Of a DNA stretch of 51,689 nt, positions 47,305-51,689 are shown piece by piece. The stretch is from the NCBI GenBank assembly GCA_041670885.1, contig JBAXYJ010000001.1:1-51689 (forward strand), in the 5' to 3' direction. The notes under the pieces were generated by a model. That model saw nothing but the letters and a program-made list of their open reading frames with translations. It had not been told where the DNA came from and searched no databases. Position 1 is the first letter of the stretch. Each line of letters opens with the position of its first letter. The translations under genes and the position numbers were made by a program. The stretch comes from Clostridiaceae bacterium (GTDB taxonomy: Bacteria; Bacillota; Clostridia; Clostridiales; Clostridiaceae).

Positions 47305-49059
47305 ATGGAAGATTTAAAAGAACTGGAAATGATTTTGGAAACAGGTGCAATAACATCAGTTTTTCAGCCAATAATATCTTTAGAAAATGCATCTGTCATT
47401 GGGTATGAAGCATTAAGCCGCGGTCCTGAAAATTCATCCCTGCAATATCCTGATAAATTATTTTCTGCAGCAGAAAATAATAATAAATCCTGGGAATTAG
47501 AATCCTTATGCAGAGTTAAGGCATTGGAAAAAGCTAAAAATATAACTAATGACAAGCTGTTATTTTTAAATGTAGATCCTTTAATATTTAGTGATGAAAA
47601 TTTTAAGAGAGGGTTTACTAAAAATTTTTTAAGCAGACATAATATACCTCCTACTTCTATAATATTTGAAATAACAGAAAAAACTGCTATACAAGATTAT
47701 AATTGCTTTAGAAAAGCCTTAAACAATTATACAGATCAAGGTTATCAAATTGCCATAGATGATACTGGTGCCGGATATTCAGGACTTACAACACTAGCTG
47801 AAATTAAACCAAATTATGTTAAAATTGATATCAGCTTAATCAGAGATATTCATAAAGATCCCTTTAAGCAGGCATTAATAAAGGCTCTTGTTACCTTTGC
47901 GGATTCAACTATTATTAAGTTAATTGCTGAAGGAATAGAATGTGAAGAAGAATTAGCCATGTTAATAGATTTAAATGTTTATGCCGGTCAGGGATACTAT
48001 ATTCAAAAGCCCGCCAGCGATTTTCTTCCTATTAAAGCTGAATGCATAGATTTTATAAAAAAACAAAATAAACTTAAAAAAAATAAATTGAATTACTTAA
48101 ATCGAGTTATAGGAGAAATCTGCACCTTTGAGAAAGCTTTTTCTCCTCAGGATTCTTGTAATACAGTTAATGAATATATTAACCATGCTTTAACTAAAGG
48201 GGTTTGTATTGTACAAGGGGATAAGCCAGTTGGTTTAGTTATGAGAAGTACTTTAGATTCTGCTATTGCTTCTCAGTATGGCTATTCCGTATTTTTTAAG
48301 AGGCCAGTATCTTTAATAACAGATTTTTCTCCCTTAATTGTAAATTATTCAACTCCTGTAAATGAAGTTTCCAAATTAGCAATGTCAAGAGAAGATTCTA
48401 GGACTTATGATTGCGTAGTGGTAGAAAAAGATTCAAAATATTATGGATTAGTAACTATAAAAAATCTATTGGAATTTTCTACCATACTGGAAAGAAATTA
48501 TGCAATGAGCTTAAATCCATTAACAAAACTTCCCGGAAATAATATTATAGAAGAAGTATTAGATAATTTGACCACAACTGACATTCCACAATGCGTATTA
48601 TATTTTGATTTAGACAACTTTAAAGCTTATAATGATACATACGGATTTGAAAATGGAGATAATATACTTAAATTTACAGCTGATTTATTACAAAAATACC
48701 TAATGAAATCTTTCCCATTCAGTAGTTTTTTAGGTCATATAGGAGGAGACGATTTTATCTGTACTATTAAATGTACATTTAATGAATGTACGGAATTTTG
48801 TGATGTACTGTTATCAGAATTCGACAAGCATATACCATATTTTTATAGTGAAGAGGACAGAATTAAAGGTTATATAAGCTCTAAGGACAGAAATGAAAAT
48901 CCAGCTTTATTTAACATAACTACAATATCTATTGCAGGTTTTTATGGAAAGCTCAATGTTTTTTCAGGCTGCAAAAATATTTCGGAATTTACCAGCCATA
49001 TAAAAAAAGAGTCTAAATCAATAATTGGAAGCAGCAAAGTTATTAAGATATTTAATTAG
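47305..49059 (+). CDS. EAL phosphodiesterase - CBS pair - GGDEF-like (GGDDF) signalling protein
   Basis: 584 aa. EAL-domain residues are present (YEALSRGP, FLNVD, FEITE, AIDDTGAGYSG, VKIDISL, AEGIE, GQGYY). A CBS-like middle region follows. The C-terminal cyclase fold carries FDLDNFKAYND and HIGGDDF (nt 48742-48756). Confidence 0.85.
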   Translation: MEDLKELEMILETGAITSVFQPIISLENASVIGYEALSRGPENSSLQYPDKLFSAAENNNKSWELESLCRVKALEKAKNITNDKLLFLNVDPLIFSDENFKRGFTKNFLSRHNIPPTSIIFEITEKTAIQDYNCFRKALNNYTDQGYQIAIDDTGAGYSGLTTLAEIKPNYVKIDISLIRDIHKDPFKQALIKALVTFADSTIIKLIAEGIECEEELAMLIDLNVYAGQGYYIQKPASDFLPIKAECIDFIKKQNKLKKNKLNYLNRVIGEICTFEKAFSPQDSCNTVNEYINHALTKGVCIVQGDKPVGLVMRSTLDSAIASQYGYSVFFKRPVSLITDFSPLIVNYSTPVNEVSKLAMSREDSRTYDCVVVEKDSKYYGLVTIKNLLEFSTILERNYAMSLNPLTKLPGNNIIEEVLDNLTTTDIPQCVLYFDLDNFKAYNDTYGFENGDNILKFTADLLQKYLMKSFPFSSFLGHIGGDDFICTIKCTFNECTEFCDVLLSEFDKHIPYFYSEEDRIKGYISSKDRNENPALFNITTISIAGFYGKLNVFSGCKNISEFTSHIKKESKSIIGSSKVIKIFN

Positions 49060-49098
49060 ATTCAATAATTCAGCTTTTTTCCCTAATTTCAAAACAAT

Positions 49099-49130
49099 AA
49101 AGCTCTGATTTTCAGTTAATCAGAGCTTTT
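49099..49130. terminator. bidirectional terminator between the convergent EAL-GGDEF and MCP genes
   Basis: AAAGCTCTGAT-TTTCAGTTA-ATCAGAGCTTT, with flanking A/T runs on both sides. Confidence 0.7.
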
Positions 49131-49140
49131 ATATATGATT

Positions 49141-51689
49141 TTATATCCGAACTTTAAAATCCGCAGCTGTCTCTTTATTCATTTTCCCCTTATTTATCAG
49201 CTCTATAATTTTTATTATTTTCTCATCATCCAGATTTTCCTTTACTTTAAATAAATTTATTTTTTTACTTAGCACATTCGCTTGGTTTGAAAGTTCCCTT
49301 GCTGCTGCTGCGCTTTCCTCTGATGAAGCTGTATTAGCCTGAGTTACCTTTGATACTTCTTCTAAAGCCTGGTTTATCTGAACTATTCCTATGGCCTGTT
49401 CATTTGAGGAATTTTTAATAGTACCAGCCAGGTCTATAATTTTTTCAACATCTTTTGTAATTTTAAATAGTGTTTGAGAAGTATCTGATGCTATATTCCT
49501 TCCTATTTTTACTTTTCCTGCAGATTCATTAATAAGAACTGAAGTTTCACTTACTGCATCGGCTACTTTTTTTGCTAAGAATCTGACTTCCTCTGCCACA
49601 ACTGCAAATCCTTTCCCATTCTGACCTGCTCTTGCCGCCTCTACAGCAGCATTAAGTGATAATATATTTGTTTGAAAAGCAATTTCATCTATAAGTTTTA
49701 TTATCTTTTCTATAGTATTGGAAGACTTACTTATATCCTCCATGGCGTTCAGCATATCCATCATTTGGATTTTCCCCGCTTCAATATTTTTCTTAGCTGC
49801 TAATGTCATATTATGAGCCTTAGATGCTGAAGCAGCATTTTCCTCAGTTTGAACCGTAATCTCAGTAATTGCTGCAGTTATTTCTTCAATAGAACTTGCT
49901 TGCATAGAAGCTCCATTTGATAAAGCTTCGGAAGAATCGGATACCTGCCTTGAACCTGAAGCTACCTGTCTGGATACTGTTTCAATATTTTTTAATGTGT
50001 CATTTAAAAATTCCACAATTATTTTAAACGAATCAGATATTTCCCTAAAATTTCCATTATAGTCTTTATCTATGTCAACTCTAAGATTTCCTTTTGAAAT
50101 TTCAATGAGCACATTTTTAATGTCATCAATCATATCCCTTAATGCAGCAACTGTATCATTTACTGAAATTTTTAAAATAGCAAAATCTCCATCGTATTCC
50201 CCCATAACTTTTGAGTTTAAATTTCCTTTAGAAATCTCATCTAAAACTTTTGAAGTTTCTTGTACCGGGCTTATAATTTCATGTAAAGTCTGGTTAATCC
50301 CATTTACTATTTCCAAATAAGCTCCGTTTAAATTACTTGTATCTGCTCTGTAAGACAAATTACCTTCTTTAGCCTGCTTAGCAAGTTCATTTGTCTGATT
50401 AAACAGTTCTAAAAATGAATTTCTGACAAATCCCAAGTTTTCAGTTATTATTTTAAATTCACCCTTAAAGGATTCTGATACTTTACCGGGAACCTCACCG
50501 CGGCCTAAGGAAGAAAGATACTGAGCTGCATAATCAATTGGCAGTTTAAAGGCTCCAATTAAATTGTTAATTTCCCCTAAAAGTTTACCCCAATCCCCGC
50601 TGTAATTATCAACATTTCCCCTTATACTTAACTTTCCTTCCTGAACAGACTCAGTTAATTCAACAGTTTCACTGATTAACCCATTCAATACATGAATACA
50701 ATTATTCAGACTATTTTTTATTTTATTAAAATCACCCTTATAGTTTTCAGTAATTTCTCCCGGAATATTTCCTGTACTGATTTTCTCAATATAATCAGCT
50801 GTCAAATTAAGGGGTGCCATAAATGTATCTATAAGCTTATTTATTCTATCCGCTAATTCTTTCCATCCACCTTCATATGAATCTAAATTAATTCTATCTT
50901 TTGTATTTCCATTTTCAACATTTTCAATTACATTACTTATATCCGCATCTATTGTTTTTATTGTTGAAATAGTAGAAGATAATCCAATTCCCAGTACATC
51001 CTTATCGGATTTAATTTGAATATAAGCATCAAAATCACCATTGGCAATACTATTTGTAATTAAAGTCTCTTGTTTAATGTTTTCTGCCATAGCAGCAAAG
51101 GCATTAATAAGCTCACCTATTTCATCTTTTCTATCTGTTTTTTCAATATCAATATTAACATCACCAATAGATATAGCTTCAGCTGACTTTTTTAATTTAA
51201 GAATGTTCTTATTAATAAGAGAAACTAAGCTGTATACTATAATAATGGAAAATAATATTGTAAACACAAGTATATAAATGACTTTTGAAATAATATTTTT
51301 ATAAATTATACCGGTTTGTTTATTTTGATAAGATGCCTCATTTTTATAAATATTAATAATAGTATCTAATTTCTCTATAACCTGATTCCCATATGAATCC
51401 ATGGATTTAACTTCACTTTTTACTATATTCCAATTATTAGTTTCATTTATAAGCTTCCCTGCTGATTTACTATAAGAATTATATGCTTTTACAAAGTCAT
51501 CATATACGTCTTTAGAATTACCGGATTGTTTAATTTTTGAATAACCTGATAAAATACCTCTGTCTTCTGAAATCATATCCATTATATTGCCTAGATGTTC
51601 TTTAGCCTTATCCTGTTCAATTATCATTTTCATACTCTCTCTTCTTTCATACTCCACATTTGACTGGAGATCTGATAAAAGCTGAATTG
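49141..51689 (-). CDS. methyl-accepting chemotaxis protein with poly-HAMP array (5' end probably beyond the right window edge)
   Basis: Signalling hairpin [38 protein letters not shown]. Only one TM helix is visible (around aa 122-147 of the track ORF), preceded by a hydrophilic sensor-like region. The frame stays open upstream of the track's GTG start (51657) to the window end (..[16 protein letters not shown]..). Confidence 0.85.
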   Translation of the reverse strand, partial: IQLLSDLQSNVEYERRESMKMIIEQDKAKEHLGNIMDMISEDRGILSGYSKIKQSGNSKDVYDDFVKAYNSYSKSAGKLINETNNWNIVKSEVKSMDSYGNQVIEKLDTIINIYKNEASYQNKQTGIIYKNIISKVIYILVFTILFSIIIVYSLVSLINKNILKLKKSAEAISIGDVNIDIEKTDRKDEIGELINAFAAMAENIKQETLITNSIANGDFDAYIQIKSDKDVLGIGLSSTISTIKTIDADISNVIENVENGNTKDRINLDSYEGGWKELADRINKLIDTFMAPLNLTADYIEKISTGNIPGEITENYKGDFNKIKNSLNNCIHVLNGLISETVELTESVQEGKLSIRGNVDNYSGDWGKLLGEINNLIGAFKLPIDYAAQYLSSLGRGEVPGKVSESFKGEFKIITENLGFVRNSFLELFNQTNELAKQAKEGNLSYRADTSNLNGAYLEIVNGINQTLHEIISPVQETSKVLDEISKGNLNSKVMGEYDGDFAILKISVNDTVAALRDMIDDIKNVLIEISKGNLRVDIDKDYNGNFREISDSFKIIVEFLNDTLKNIETVSRQVASGSRQVSDSSEALSNGASMQASSIEEITAAITEITVQTEENAASASKAHNMTLAAKKNIEAGKIQMMDMLNAMEDISKSSNTIEKIIKLIDEIAFQTNILSLNAAVEAARAGQNGKGFAVVAEEVRFLAKKVADAVSETSVLINESAGKVKIGRNIASDTSQTLFKITKDVEKIIDLAGTIKNSSNEQAIGIVQINQALEEVSKVTQANTASSEESAAAARELSNQANVLSKKINLFKVKENLDDEKIIKIIELINKGKMNKETAADFKVRI

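Noticed and set aside
48495-48506. AAATTATGCAAT inside the EAL-CBS-GGDDF CDS matches the A-type TIR core
   Set aside because: It lies in frame within an uninterrupted coding region (..ERNYAMSLNP..) with no further element similarity on either side. I treat it as coincidence.

Overview
AT-rich chromosomal segment from an endospore-forming Firmicute, probably Clostridium-like. This is inferred from spoIVA, two alpha/beta-type SASP genes, the gene order and the base composition. Almost all coding is on the minus strand. From left to right the window holds: (1) a housekeeping block, rsmB(partial)-Zn peptidase-fmt-def-priA-coaBC-rpoZ-gmk-remA-yicC; (2) an aminotransferase, ychF and a Lon-like protease with a degenerate P-loop; (3) deoC fused to the tail of an ~11.4 kb locus for an Mrp-antiporter-linked (Mbh-type, group 4) membrane [NiFe]-hydrogenase, with hypCDE upstream and hypAB embedded in it; (4) a P-type Ca-ATPase, small metabolic genes, pyruvate:ferredoxin oxidoreductase and murG; (5) two ssp genes, a lone tRNA-Pro(GGG), spoIVA-gpsA-der-DUF512, the pstSCAB-phoU operon, an EAL-CBS-GGDDF protein and a poly-HAMP chemoreceptor that runs off the right edge. 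I saw no transposase, integrase, phage, CRISPR or recognisable defence genes. The most unusual signal lies outside the genes. It is a family of ~90-105 bp elements with TGCATAATT-type terminal inverted repeats and a structurally conserved internal hairpin. There are at least six copies plus remnants, and they look like MITEs or a structured RNA. Two copies sit in tandem inside the hydrogenase operon. Two more in tandem supply the stop codon of the ATPase gene, and a degenerate inverted copy lies on the other side of that gene. All calls rest on reading the translations and sequence by eye. No database search was run.
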